NCBI GenBank assembly: GCA_041485905.1
Contig: JBGPKK010000003.1
Span: 2,042-66,041, forward strand
Length of the DNA: 64,000 bases
Reading direction: 5' to 3'
DNA from: Vicinamibacteria bacterium
Lineage (GTDB): Bacteria; Acidobacteriota; Vicinamibacteria; Vicinamibacterales; CAVVIG01
Every line of letters begins with the position of its first letter. Positions within the stretch are counted from its first letter, which is position 1. Positions 35,879-45,331 of the stretch are shown here, piece after piece. The notes beneath the pieces were generated by a model. The model was given only the letters and a program-made list of their open reading frames with translations, was not told where the DNA came from and ran no database searches. The position numbers and the translations under genes were made by a program.

Positions 35879-37228
35879 ATGAAAGGCGCGAAAGAACTCT
35901 TCTTCTACGTCACGGTCAGTTGTGGCATGACGCTGGCGACCAGCGTGTTCACGATGATCTCCGGCTTATTCGAGATCACGACCGGACCCGGGGCGCTGGT
36001 GGGAATCGCTCTCGCGGGTTTCTTCTGCCTGATCATCGCGCTGTCGATCGGTGAGCTGGCCAGCATGTACCCGTCGGCGCCGGCGGTCAGAACGTATCTG
36101 AAGACGGCATTTGGCGATCGGGCCTCGCTGCTTCTTGTGTACCTGTACTTGATCTCCGTCGTGCTCGTCGCGGGCCTCGAGAGCTTCATTTTCTCGCAAG
36201 TCTTCCACGCCGCCTTTCCCGCTGCCACCGCCCTACCCACGATCGTCATCCTGTTGTGCGCCATTACGGCCGTCAATCTGGTGGGTCTGGAGTTGCCGCG
36301 CAGCGTGCAGATGATCGCAACCGTCGGTGTGGTGTTGTTCATCGCGATCTCGGGCTCTCTGGGGTTTCTGTCTCCACGAATCCCTCTCACCGGTCAGATC
36401 GGGCCGGTCACTCCTGAACTGCTGCGATCGCTGCCAGCGGCGGCTGGCCTGGCCGTGTTCCTCTATATGGGCTTCGAGTGGGTGACTCCGGTCGGCCTGC
36501 GGCCGAGCTCTTACCATTGGAAAGTGCCTATATCGATGGCCATTTCGGTGGGTGTGCTCATCATCACGTTCGGGGTCTTCGTCCTGGGCGCCGCCTCCCA
36601 GTTGCCTCGGCACATCATCAGTTCCACTCCGGTGCCGCAGGTGGGCTACTTGACGGCGATCTATGGCCCGACTGGCGTGTATCTCGCGCTGGCTCTGGCC
36701 CTGGCGGCGACCGTGTCGACGTTCAACGCGGGCATCATGGGTGGGTCTCGCCTCATCTACCTGCTGGCGCGGGAAGGCCACTTTCCGGAGTGGTGCGCCT
36801 CGCTGTCACTTCGCACCGGGGCTCCCGTAGCGGCGGTGCTCTTGCTGAGCAGCCTGGCCTTGGTTTCCGCAATCGCGGTGATGGCGTGGGGAGCCGCACT
36901 GCTGGTCGCCGTCATCGGCGCCGCGATCATCTGTGTGCTGTACGCGGCCTTCCTGCTCTCGGCGCTGGTGTTGCGCAAACGTCGACCGGATGCGCCGCGG
37001 CCGTATCGCAACCGCCTCTGGAGCCCTCTGCAGTGGTTCGGGGTCATCGCGCTGCCTCTCCTGGGCCTGCAGACCCTGATTTCAGAGCCCAGCCTTGGCA
37101 CTCGTCCGGTGTACGGCGGCGCGCTCGCGCTGATCCTGGCGGCGTTGTTGACCCGGGTGTACGGCGTCCCACGACCTGCAGGACCGGGCGACAAGGCGCC
37201 GGTGCCGGCCACGCAGAGCTTCTCGTGA
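35879..37228 (+). CDS. APC-superfamily amino acid/polyamine permease
   Basis: 449 aa, 12 hydrophobic helices, GELASMYPSAPAVRTY and FLYMGFEWV motifs. Confidence 0.85.
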   Translation: MKGAKELFFYVTVSCGMTLATSVFTMISGLFEITTGPGALVGIALAGFFCLIIALSIGELASMYPSAPAVRTYLKTAFGDRASLLLVYLYLISVVLVAGLESFIFSQVFHAAFPAATALPTIVILLCAITAVNLVGLELPRSVQMIATVGVVLFIAISGSLGFLSPRIPLTGQIGPVTPELLRSLPAAAGLAVFLYMGFEWVTPVGLRPSSYHWKVPISMAISVGVLIITFGVFVLGAASQLPRHIISSTPVPQVGYLTAIYGPTGVYLALALALAATVSTFNAGIMGGSRLIYLLAREGHFPEWCASLSLRTGAPVAAVLLLSSLALVSAIAVMAWGAALLVAVIGAAIICVLYAAFLLSALVLRKRRPDAPRPYRNRLWSPLQWFGVIALPLLGLQTLISEPSLGTRPVYGGALALILAALLTRVYGVPRPAGPGDKAPVPATQSFS

Positions 37229-37332
37229 GCAACCGTGCCGTTGATCGTTAGAGGGAGCAACCCTGTCGTGCGCTCGGCGAGGACAGCCGACCGTGTCCGG
37301 TCGGCAAACCGGGAAGTCAGGAGTCACTGGCC

Positions 37333-39063
37333 GTGAGGACTCAGTTCGATACCGTGGTCGAGGCCCTTGCGGCGGCGAAGGCCGATTCACGTAACGGCTT
37401 CACGTTTCAGAATCTGCACGGCGATGAAACGAAGTACACGTTCGCCGAGCTAGAAGCGGAAACGGCCCGCCGCGCCGCAGCCATGCAGCAGCTTGGGCTG
37501 CACAAGGGTGACCGGCTCGGGTTGGTCATCGCCGAACCCGAGGATTTCGTGCTCGCGTTCCTTGCGGCGCTGCGGACGGGCGTGGTGCCGGTGCCGCTGT
37601 ATCCCCCGCACTATCTCGGCGGCCTGGAAAACTACTGCAAGCAGACCGGCGCGATCCTCCGGTCCTCGGGAGCCCGGGTCTTGGTCGCGTCTCCGCAAGT
37701 GATCGGTATTGTGCGGGCGCTTCCGGCGTGGGTCGAGGGGCTGAAGACTGTTGTGTCAACGAGGGAGTTGACGGGAAGCTCGCGCGAGACGCACTACCCC
37801 GACATCTTACCGGACGACCTCGCGTTTCTGCAGTACACGTCAGGTTCCACAATGGCCCCGCGCGGTGTGATGGTGACGCATCGCTCGCTGGTCAGCAATA
37901 TCCGGGCGTTCATGGGCACCGGCCTGAAGATGGATCCTGACCGCGATAGCGGTGTCTGCTGGCTGCCGCTCTATCACGACATGGGCCTGGTCGGATTCGT
38001 GCTCGGTCCGCTGTTCTGGGGCGTTTCGGTGGTGTTCATACCGACGTTGCGGTTCATCAAGAACGCGTCGGCCTGGCTGGACGCGGTGGATCTCCACCGC
38101 GCAACGGTGACGTTCGCGCCGAATTTCGCCTTTTCACTGGCGGCGCGTCGTGTGCGGGCGGCCGAGCTCGGTCGCTGGGATCTTTCCTGCCTGAAGGCGA
38201 TAGGATGTGGCGCCGAACCCATCCATCCGCCCACTGTGCGGGAGTTTGTGAGGGTCTTCAGCGAGTCCTGCCGGCTTAACCCGGCTGCGGTGGTGCCGGC
38301 GTACGGGTTGGCTGAGTGCACCTTGGCCGTCGCCATGAAGACGCTCGGGCAGCCATTGCGCACGCGGCTCGTCGATGCTGAGGCGTTCCAACAGGACGGA
38401 ATCGCCCGCCCGGTGGGTGATGGTGACGCGGTCAGTGCCATCGAACACGTCTCGTGCGGCCGGATCCTATCCGGAGCGGAAGTCGCGATCCTCGACGTCA
38501 ATGGAGAACGAGCGCCCGACGATGTTGAGGGCGAGGTGTGCGTCCGCGGTCCGTCCGTTGCGGCCGGCTACTTCGGCGAGCCCGAAGCCTGGGCCCGAGT
38601 GTGGCGGGATGGGTGGCTCTCGACGGGCGACCTGGGCTATCTGTCAACGGGGGAGCTGTTTATCACCGGGCGCTCCAAGGATCTCATCATCCTCAATGGC
38701 CGGAATCACCATCCGCAAACGATCGAGTGGACGGTGGCGGAAGTCGATGGCGTTCGCGAGGGTAGCGTCGTGGCCTTCTCGCGGCCTGGAGCATCCGGCG
38801 AAGAGTTGGTCGTCATCGTTGAAGCCCGGGCCAAGGATTTCAACCGGCTCGTCGCCGATGTCGAAGACGCCGTGCACAACGCCGTGTTCACCAAGCCCGC
38901 CGATGTCGTCTGGTTGCGTCCCGGCAGCCTGCCCAAGACGTCTTCGGGCAAGCTCAAGCGGCATGAGATCAAGCAGCAGTACTTGCGAACGCGTTTCGAA
39001 GCGGAGCGCCTGCGCCCGGAGCAGCACTCAGCAGACCAGACCACGGTCGACGCGTCGACATAA
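37333..39063 (+). CDS. fatty acyl-AMP ligase (FAAL-type adenylating enzyme)
   Basis: GDRLGLVIAEPEDFVLAFLAALRTGVVPVPLYPP, LAFLQYTSGSTMAPRGVMVTHRSL, GYLSTGELFITGRSKDLII, SSGKLKR. No carrier domain is attached. Confidence 0.88.
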   Translation: MRTQFDTVVEALAAAKADSRNGFTFQNLHGDETKYTFAELEAETARRAAAMQQLGLHKGDRLGLVIAEPEDFVLAFLAALRTGVVPVPLYPPHYLGGLENYCKQTGAILRSSGARVLVASPQVIGIVRALPAWVEGLKTVVSTRELTGSSRETHYPDILPDDLAFLQYTSGSTMAPRGVMVTHRSLVSNIRAFMGTGLKMDPDRDSGVCWLPLYHDMGLVGFVLGPLFWGVSVVFIPTLRFIKNASAWLDAVDLHRATVTFAPNFAFSLAARRVRAAELGRWDLSCLKAIGCGAEPIHPPTVREFVRVFSESCRLNPAAVVPAYGLAECTLAVAMKTLGQPLRTRLVDAEAFQQDGIARPVGDGDAVSAIEHVSCGRILSGAEVAILDVNGERAPDDVEGEVCVRGPSVAAGYFGEPEAWARVWRDGWLSTGDLGYLSTGELFITGRSKDLIILNGRNHHPQTIEWTVAEVDGVREGSVVAFSRPGASGEELVVIVEARAKDFNRLVADVEDAVHNAVFTKPADVVWLRPGSLPKTSSGKLKRHEIKQQYLRTRFEAERLRPEQHSADQTTVDAST

Positions 39064-39100
39064 CAGCCGGACCTCTCCAGCACTCCCGGTCACGGCGACC

Positions 39101-41233
39101 TCACGGGCTCGACACCGCGCCGACCCAGACCGGCGTCGCGCTGAGCGTCGCTGTGCCCGTGGGGGCGTCCACGTTCGCCCCGTCGGTCAGATCATTCAGG
39201 CTCGCCCCGGGATGGGCGTTTGCGACCGTTTGTGCGGTTCCCGGCCGTCCATGACCGAATCCGTGCGGCAGGCTGACGACACCGGGCATGATGGCGTCGC
39301 TCAGTTCAAGGGGTGCCGTCACCGCGCCGACCGCCGATCGGATTTCCACGCGCTGCCCGTTCGGTAACCCTCGTGCTGCGGCATCGGCAGGGTGCATCAG
39401 GAGCGTACAGCGATCAGGCCCGGTCATGAGCCGCGGCGCGTTGTGCATCCACGAATTGTTGTTCCGGATCTGCCGTCGCCCGATGAGCGCGAGCGATCCG
39501 GGCGCAGGCCTGCGCGAAAGTCGAGCCGCCAGTCGCTCCAGGTCGGCCAGCAGGATCTCCGGCGCAAGATGAATCTGCTTGTCGCGCGTATACAATCGTC
39601 CCGGCAAGCAGGGAGTGAGCGGTCCCAGGTCGATCGTGTGCGCCTCCTTCCGAAGGCGATTGAGTGAGAGCCGGTGGGGTCCGATTCGCAGAAGCCCGTC
39701 GAGCAGACGCCGCGGACCGAGACGCTGCAATCCCTTCAGGTACAGTCCCGCTATCGAACCCTTCATGCCGCCTCGTCGGGCCTCCAGCCGTTGGGCCAGT
39801 CCGAAGTAGATGTCCCAATCTGTTTTGCTCGTGGGCGGAGGAGTCAACACCGCAGGCGCGTACTTCGCGGTGTTCCGCACCCCGAACGCGCGGAAGGCGA
39901 TGTCGTAATGATCTCGCTCGAGCGCGAATACGGGCGGCAGGATCAACGCGGCATGGCGCGTGGTCTCGTTCAGATAGAAGTCGATGGAGACCATGTACTC
40001 CAGTGACGCGAGGGCGCGGTCCAGTCTCCCGGCATCGGGGGTCGACAGCACGGGATTGCCCGCCGACGTGACGAGCCCGCGGATGCCCCCATGACCCGGC
40101 GTGTCGATTTCCTCGGCGAGCGCGGCCACCGGCAGTTCCCCACCGAACTCCGGCAGCCCGCGGACGCGGCTGTGCCACGTCTTGTGCGAGCCTTTTTGAC
40201 CCAGGAGCGCGCCGATCCGGACGATATCCACGGCGGGTAAGGAAAACATGGCGCCGCCGGAGCGGTCCAGGTTGCCGGTCAGGATGTTGAGTGCCAGAGC
40301 CAGCCAACAGGTGAGCGCGCCGAATTCCTGAGTGCAGGCCCCGATCCGGGGATAACACACGGCCGAGGGCGCAGCGGCAAATTCCCGCGTGAGCTTCCGA
40401 ATCTCATCCGCGGCGATGCCGATGCTGCCGGCGACGCGTTCCGGCGTATAGGGCGCCATCGCGCGCGTGACCTCGTCGATGCCGCGAGTGAAGGATTCCA
40501 GACGCCCGGGCGTGACAAGCCCTTCCGCTGCCAGGGTCTGAAGCATGGCGGCCAGCAGCAGCGCGTCTGTGCCCGGAACAATGGGGTAGTGCGTATCCGC
40601 CAATTCTGCCGTTCGGGTCCGCCGGGGATCGATGACCACGAGACGGCCCCCACGGGCCCGGAGTTCGCGGAACCGACGGGGAATGCCGGGCGCCGCCATC
40701 AAGCTCCCGTTGGACTCCGCGGGATTGGCCCCGATGACCAGCAAAAAATCTGTGCGGTCGAGATCGGGAACGGGCAGCAGCAATTGATGGCCGAACAGGT
40801 GATAGGAAGCAAAGAGATGCGGCAGGTGATCCATCGAGGCTGTGGAGAAAAGGGCCCTCGTGCCCAAGCTCGCCTTGAACCCGAGCTCAGCAAGCTGCGC
40901 GGTGTAGGAGTGGAGATTGGGATTGCCGGTGTAAAAAGCGACGCTGTCTTTGCCGTGCTTCGTCTGGATTTCATGCAGGCGCCCGGCCGCTTCGGCGAGC
41001 GCTGCTTCCCAGCTGACGGTCACCCATCGGCCGTTGTGTCGCTTCAAGGGCTCGCGAATGCGCTCCGGATCCTGGTACACCTCAGTCAGGGCCATCGCCT
41101 TCGCGCACAGGAACCCGCGGCTCAGCGAGTCGTCAGGATCGCCCCGGATCTGTGATATTGCGCCGCGCTCGACCTCGAGCGTGAGGCCACACATCGCTTC
41201 GCAGAAAGGACAGGTGGTGACGTGGATGCCCAT
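39101..41233 (-). CDS. molybdopterin (bis-MGD) oxidoreductase family protein with N-terminal 4Fe-4S motif
   Basis: Start at MGIHVTTCPFCEAMCGL...GFLCAKA (Cys-cluster motif), then MopB domains and a C-terminal molybdopterin dinucleotide-binding beta-barrel (RCTLLMHPADAAARGLPNGQRVEI). The upstream 143 codons of the ORF overlap the preceding gene and are not counted. Confidence 0.85.
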   Translation of the reverse strand: MGIHVTTCPFCEAMCGLTLEVERGAISQIRGDPDDSLSRGFLCAKAMALTEVYQDPERIREPLKRHNGRWVTVSWEAALAEAAGRLHEIQTKHGKDSVAFYTGNPNLHSYTAQLAELGFKASLGTRALFSTASMDHLPHLFASYHLFGHQLLLPVPDLDRTDFLLVIGANPAESNGSLMAAPGIPRRFRELRARGGRLVVIDPRRTRTAELADTHYPIVPGTDALLLAAMLQTLAAEGLVTPGRLESFTRGIDEVTRAMAPYTPERVAGSIGIAADEIRKLTREFAAAPSAVCYPRIGACTQEFGALTCWLALALNILTGNLDRSGGAMFSLPAVDIVRIGALLGQKGSHKTWHSRVRGLPEFGGELPVAALAEEIDTPGHGGIRGLVTSAGNPVLSTPDAGRLDRALASLEYMVSIDFYLNETTRHAALILPPVFALERDHYDIAFRAFGVRNTAKYAPAVLTPPPTSKTDWDIYFGLAQRLEARRGGMKGSIAGLYLKGLQRLGPRRLLDGLLRIGPHRLSLNRLRKEAHTIDLGPLTPCLPGRLYTRDKQIHLAPEILLADLERLAARLSRRPAPGSLALIGRRQIRNNNSWMHNAPRLMTGPDRCTLLMHPADAAARGLPNGQRVEIRSAVGAVTAPLELSDAIMPGVVSLPHGFGHGRPGTAQTVANAHPGASLNDLTDGANVDAPTGTATLSATPVWVGAVSSP

Positions 41234-41256
41234 ACAAGCCGAGGACCGATGGACGC

Positions 41257-44163
41257 TCACCCGACCACGGGATCGCCCGGCGGCGATGGCCACAGGCATT
41301 TTTCTTCGATGGAAAAGCCATGGGCCGCCGCGAGCTCCCGAATGCGGCGTACTCGGAACGGCGAGAGTTTCCCGTACGAACTCGGGCACTCCGAACCCGC
41401 GAAACCCAGCAGGATGGTTTCCGCGAGGCAGCCGTACAGCTCCGAACTGGTCATGCGCATGGCAGGAACGTTGAGCGTCTGTCCCAGAGGCGCCCACACC
41501 CGGCCGCCACGAATAACGACCGCATCCGGCCGTTCGACCGCGACGCGCGGGTGAACATCCTGTGGGACCGCCACGTCGCAGACGACGAGCGGACCGCGGC
41601 CGAGATGTTCCGGAAAAACGATCGGGCGGGGTGAGCTCGTGCACGACGCAATCAGGGTGCACTCGCGCAGCACGTCGAGCGAGGTCGCGATGCGCAACGG
41701 GGCCTTGTCCCCGAGCTCTGCTGACAAACCCTCATACAGGGCTACGCCGAGAGCGCCCGGTTCACGCAGATCGTCGATCGCCAGGCGCTTGACCGTCTTG
41801 GTGTCGGCGATACTTCCGGCGATTCCTGCAAGCCGGCCGCGCCTCATGCGTCTGAACGCTCGCGCGTAGATGGCATGCGCCACCGGCAGAAGAAACCGTT
41901 CGGCCCTGGCTTGGCCAACCAGAACGATGTGGCCGGCCTCATCGGCCGCGATTTCAGCGAACACGGCGCCGACATTTCCTCCGGCGCCGATGACCGCCAT
42001 CCTGCCGGCTTGCAGGTCGATCCCGAGGCGGTTGGCGGCCAACCGACAGCCTTCGATGGCGGCTGCCACGGTCAGACTGTTGCCGCTCGTCACCGTCAGG
42101 TCGAGCTCGACGACTTCACGGCAGTTGTCGGTGACGATCGACGTGTGTCCGCCCAGCCCCACGACGGTACACCCATGGTCGCGAGCCAGCTGGACGCCGT
42201 GTTTGACGAGATCGAGCGCCCAGTCGTCTCCGGCGCGCATGCTCAGCACGGCCTGCTGGGCCGTAAACGGGATACCGACGAACGTGACGTGCACGTGCGC
42301 GTTTCGCAATGATCGCATCTCCGCGTGGTCGAGAACGAACGGCTGAAGCGATCCTCGCGTGCGATCCAGAAAGCGCGCGCAGTCCGAATCGGTGAAGGCG
42401 GACAACCCCGATTCCCAGACTCGGAGATCGCACGGTTCCGAGAAATGGACAAGGAAGCCGACACGAGCGGCGTCGGTGGGTACCGGGCTCGGCCGCGGCT
42501 TTGCGGGTGGTGTCGGGAGATCGGCCTCCGACTCTCGCGGGGCCGGGCGATCGCTCAAATAGGCGACCAGCTGGCCGACTCTATCCCGCTGAAGCAGCGA
42601 GCAGAGGCGTTCCAATGCGACGCCGAGGCGTTCAATCGCCTCGTCGCTCACGAATGCGGAGGGTTCCACGCGCAGGACGGTGCTCTTCGACAACGTGGGA
42701 GCGACACGAATGCGATGCTCCCGCAAGAGATAGCCGCAAGCCACGTAACCGAGCAGGTTCTGCTCCGACAGCACCTGCAGCAAAGGTGAGGAAGAACCGG
42801 TCTGCGGCATGAGCTCCACGCCGATCATCAATCCACGGCCGCGCACCTCACGGACTTGATTGGGGAAACGCTCCCGAACTCGCTCGAGTCGTTCGAGCAG
42901 TTGCTCTCCCTTCTCTCGACACCGGGCGATCAGGCGGCCGTCCTGCCTGTCCAGGATGTCCAGCGTGCGTAGCGCAATCATGCTCGAGAAGTCGTCGTCG
43001 GCGAATGTGGACGTGTGCAGGTACGCGAATTCGGGCACATGTCGCTCGCGATCGACCAAGAGAGCCGAGACTTTCGCAAGGCCGCCGCCCAGCGCTTTTG
43101 AGAACAGGTAGTAATCGCCGGCAATTCCGAGGCGCTTCGAGGCGAGGAAATCACCGGCCCGCCCCAGGCCGCTCTGAATCTCGTCGATCACGAGCGGACA
43201 GCCGGCGCTGTCCGCTGCCTGCCGGAGCGTGTGGGCGAACTCGGGGCTGAGTTCGTGGATTCCGCCTTCGCCCTGAATGGGCTCGACGAAGATGGCGGCG
43301 ACATTGGTGAAGATCTGTTCCTGCAGCTCCGGCGTACCGTCCTTCGAGACGGCCAGCGTGTAATACGGCTCGCGCCTGCGCTGCAGTTCCGCGCGTACCG
43401 CCTGCGCGTCTCCAAACGGTACGAACACGGTCGCGTCGCCCAGGCGACGCCATGGGCTCCGGAATTCGAGTCGATGCGTCAGCTTCAGGGCGCCGGTCGA
43501 TTTCCCATGGAAGCTGCCAGTCACCGCGAAGAAGGTGGGTGGGCGGCCGAGGAGTCGCTCGATGTTTCGACTGAGCGCTGCGAGGAGCTCGTCGAGCGAG
43601 TCGATGCGCTCGGCCAGACGCTGCGACGCGTCCTCAAAGAGATCGGAACCAGTACCGACCCGACCCGAGCGAATCCGCAAGCGAAGGCGCTTGCCAGTGT
43701 CGACGAAACGCGCCAGCAGGGAATCATTGCGCCTGGACGCTTCCAGCTCAGCGTGTTTGATCGCGGCCTCGACCGCTTCGGCTCCGGTGCTGCACAACGT
43801 CACGATGTAGGAGCGGCCGGTGGTGCGCTCCACGAACGAGGAGAGTCGCTCGGCGAGCAGCCCGGCGTGGCCGCGAATGCTGGCCTGTGCATGAAAGGGC
43901 CGCTGCTCGGCGAGCACCTGCCCCGCCAATTCGACCAGCTCGGGATGATTGTGGCCGAGAAGGGAGGCGCCAAAACCACCGACGAAATCGACGACCTCCA
44001 CCTCACCGCCCGGTCCCTCGTAATAGAGACGATCGCCGACGGCACGATGGTAGTGCACATCGAGACCGAAGGCTTCCAGCAGGTGCGCGAGGTGCGGCTT
44101 CAGCGATCCGGCGTACGCACGCCTGAATGGATCGTCATGGCGCTGAACGTCCTGCTCGCTCAT
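41257..44163 (-). CDS. bifunctional fusion: class III PLP aminotransferase (N-terminal) + cyanobacterial-type acyl-ACP reductase (AAR)-like domain (C-terminal)
   Basis: N-terminal half: GGFGASLLGHNHP, VEPIQGEGG, LVIDEIQSGLGRAGDF, LFSKALGGG (PLP-Lys). After a Pro-rich linker (aa about 540-566), the C-terminal half reads VGFLVHFSE, GLGGHTSIV, VTSGNSLTVAAAIEGCRLAANRLGIDLQAGRMAVIGAGGNVGAV and ELYGCLAETILLGF. These parallel FGLIGHLTS, LGGFTSII, TTGNTHTA...VAVVGATGDIGSAV and FACFAEAMLLEF (catalytic Cys) of Synechococcus AAR as I recall it. Confidence 0.85.
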   Translation of the reverse strand: MSEQDVQRHDDPFRRAYAGSLKPHLAHLLEAFGLDVHYHRAVGDRLYYEGPGGEVEVVDFVGGFGASLLGHNHPELVELAGQVLAEQRPFHAQASIRGHAGLLAERLSSFVERTTGRSYIVTLCSTGAEAVEAAIKHAELEASRRNDSLLARFVDTGKRLRLRIRSGRVGTGSDLFEDASQRLAERIDSLDELLAALSRNIERLLGRPPTFFAVTGSFHGKSTGALKLTHRLEFRSPWRRLGDATVFVPFGDAQAVRAELQRRREPYYTLAVSKDGTPELQEQIFTNVAAIFVEPIQGEGGIHELSPEFAHTLRQAADSAGCPLVIDEIQSGLGRAGDFLASKRLGIAGDYYLFSKALGGGLAKVSALLVDRERHVPEFAYLHTSTFADDDFSSMIALRTLDILDRQDGRLIARCREKGEQLLERLERVRERFPNQVREVRGRGLMIGVELMPQTGSSSPLLQVLSEQNLLGYVACGYLLREHRIRVAPTLSKSTVLRVEPSAFVSDEAIERLGVALERLCSLLQRDRVGQLVAYLSDRPAPRESEADLPTPPAKPRPSPVPTDAARVGFLVHFSEPCDLRVWESGLSAFTDSDCARFLDRTRGSLQPFVLDHAEMRSLRNAHVHVTFVGIPFTAQQAVLSMRAGDDWALDLVKHGVQLARDHGCTVVGLGGHTSIVTDNCREVVELDLTVTSGNSLTVAAAIEGCRLAANRLGIDLQAGRMAVIGAGGNVGAVFAEIAADEAGHIVLVGQARAERFLLPVAHAIYARAFRRMRRGRLAGIAGSIADTKTVKRLAIDDLREPGALGVALYEGLSAELGDKAPLRIATSLDVLRECTLIASCTSSPRPIVFPEHLGRGPLVVCDVAVPQDVHPRVAVERPDAVVIRGGRVWAPLGQTLNVPAMRMTSSELYGCLAETILLGFAGSECPSSYGKLSPFRVRRIRELAAAHGFSIEEKCLWPSPPGDPVVG

Positions 44164-44453
44164 CAGTCTCGCGGGGCCCTCTGAGGCGCGTCCTTCTCAT
44201 CACGGGTCTGTCGCCGAAGCCGCTCGACGTACGCGGCCAATTCTCCAACCGTACGCACGCCATCCAGCTCCTCGAGGTTGAATCGGACGGCGAACTGCTC
44301 CTCGATTGTCAGCATCAGGTCCATGATGCGAACCGAATCGATGCCGTAGCCGCGCAGCCGTGCTTGGGGGACGACGAGCTCGGGCAAAACGGCGCAAGAC
44401 TCCGCTATCAGGTGTCGAAGCCGCTCGATCGTTTCAATGCCGTTCTCGCTCAT
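44163..44453 (-). CDS. acyl carrier protein
   Basis: 96 aa from MSENGIETIER. Phosphopantetheine site motif YGIDSVRIMDLM. ATGA overlap with the upstream SDR and TGATG overlap with the downstream fusion gene. Confidence 0.8.
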   Translation of the reverse strand: MSENGIETIERLRHLIAESCAVLPELVVPQARLRGYGIDSVRIMDLMLTIEEQFAVRFNLEELDGVRTVGELAAYVERLRRQTRDEKDAPQRAPRD

Positions 44454-45331
44454 CGGTTCGTACTCGAAGCTCGATCCGATCGCTGGGTATCCTGCGGGGA
44501 GCCGTCCGACGCGGTCGTCGCGCCGTAGAACGACAGGAGAAGGCGCTCGCAGATTGACCATGGTAGCGTGCGTTTGAGCAACGCCGAAACCCGCTGGCTC
44601 GGATGACCCACGGTGTAGCGAAGGCGAGTCCGCCGGGCCCGCACAATCCTGGCGACGAGGGTGGCAACCTCCGTGGGTGGAACGCCTTTGGATTCCTCCT
44701 TCTGGACCACGGCAAACGCACGGCTGAACGTGTTGCTGTACGGCGAGCCGTCGCGTGACGCCAGCGCAAACACGCGGTTGCTGGTGATCGCCGTCCGAAC
44801 GTCACCCGGCTCGATCAAGACGACTCGGATTCCGAACGGCCGCGTCTCGAGGCGCAGGCTCTCGCTGAGCCCTTCGAGCGCAAACTTGCTTGCGCAATAC
44901 AGCCCCTGAAAAGGCAGCCCGAAGAGGCCCGCAAGCGAGCTGATATTGACGATGAGACCCGAGCGCTGCCGGCGCATCGACGGCAGGACCGCCCGGCACA
45001 CCCGCAGGACGCCGAACAGATTCGCTTCGAACTGATGCCGAGCCTCTTCGACTGAGGTGTCTTCGACGGAGCCACCGAGGCCGTAGCCCGCGCTGTTGAT
45101 CACACAATCGATGCGCCCATGCTGTCGCAACAGACCTGCCACCCCGCGACCGACTGAGTTGTCGTCGGTCACGTCCATCACGAGAGGTTCGAAAGAGTGT
45201 GGGCGGAAACTCGCCTGTCGGCTGGTCCCGTACACGCGGAATCCCAAAACGGCAAGTTGTTCGGCGCACGCCTGCCCTATCCCGGATGAAGCGCCCGTGA
45301 CCAGCGCGATGGAGGGTTCAGCCGCCATCAT
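44450..45331 (-). CDS. short-chain dehydrogenase/reductase (classical SDR)
   Basis: ALVTGASSGIGQA (TGxxxGxG), NSAG, SSLAG...YCASKFALEG (YxxxK). Confidence 0.88.
   Translation of the reverse strand: MMAAEPSIALVTGASSGIGQACAEQLAVLGFRVYGTSRQASFRPHSFEPLVMDVTDDNSVGRGVAGLLRQHGRIDCVINSAGYGLGGSVEDTSVEEARHQFEANLFGVLRVCRAVLPSMRRQRSGLIVNISSLAGLFGLPFQGLYCASKFALEGLSESLRLETRPFGIRVVLIEPGDVRTAITSNRVFALASRDGSPYSNTFSRAFAVVQKEESKGVPPTEVATLVARIVRARRTRLRYTVGHPSQRVSALLKRTLPWSICERLLLSFYGATTASDGSPQDTQRSDRASSTNR

Noticed and set aside
39101-41233. Possible selenocysteine (in-frame TGA) in the formate-dehydrogenase-like Mo enzyme
   Set aside because: The ORF is uninterrupted from the Fe-S motif to the stop, so no in-frame UGA recoding is needed. 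No SECIS-like evidence was sought beyond that.
41234-41662. 143-codon N-terminal extension of the molybdopterin oxidoreductase ORF (and the analogous extensions 33818-34135 of the P450, 32388-32645 of the lipase, 27459-27578 of the second ABC1 kinase)
   Set aside because: The extensions overlap the 3' ends of upstream genes in other frames, are Arg/Gly-rich, and precede well-placed internal starts at which family-typical N-termini begin (for example MGIHVTTCPFCEAMCG).
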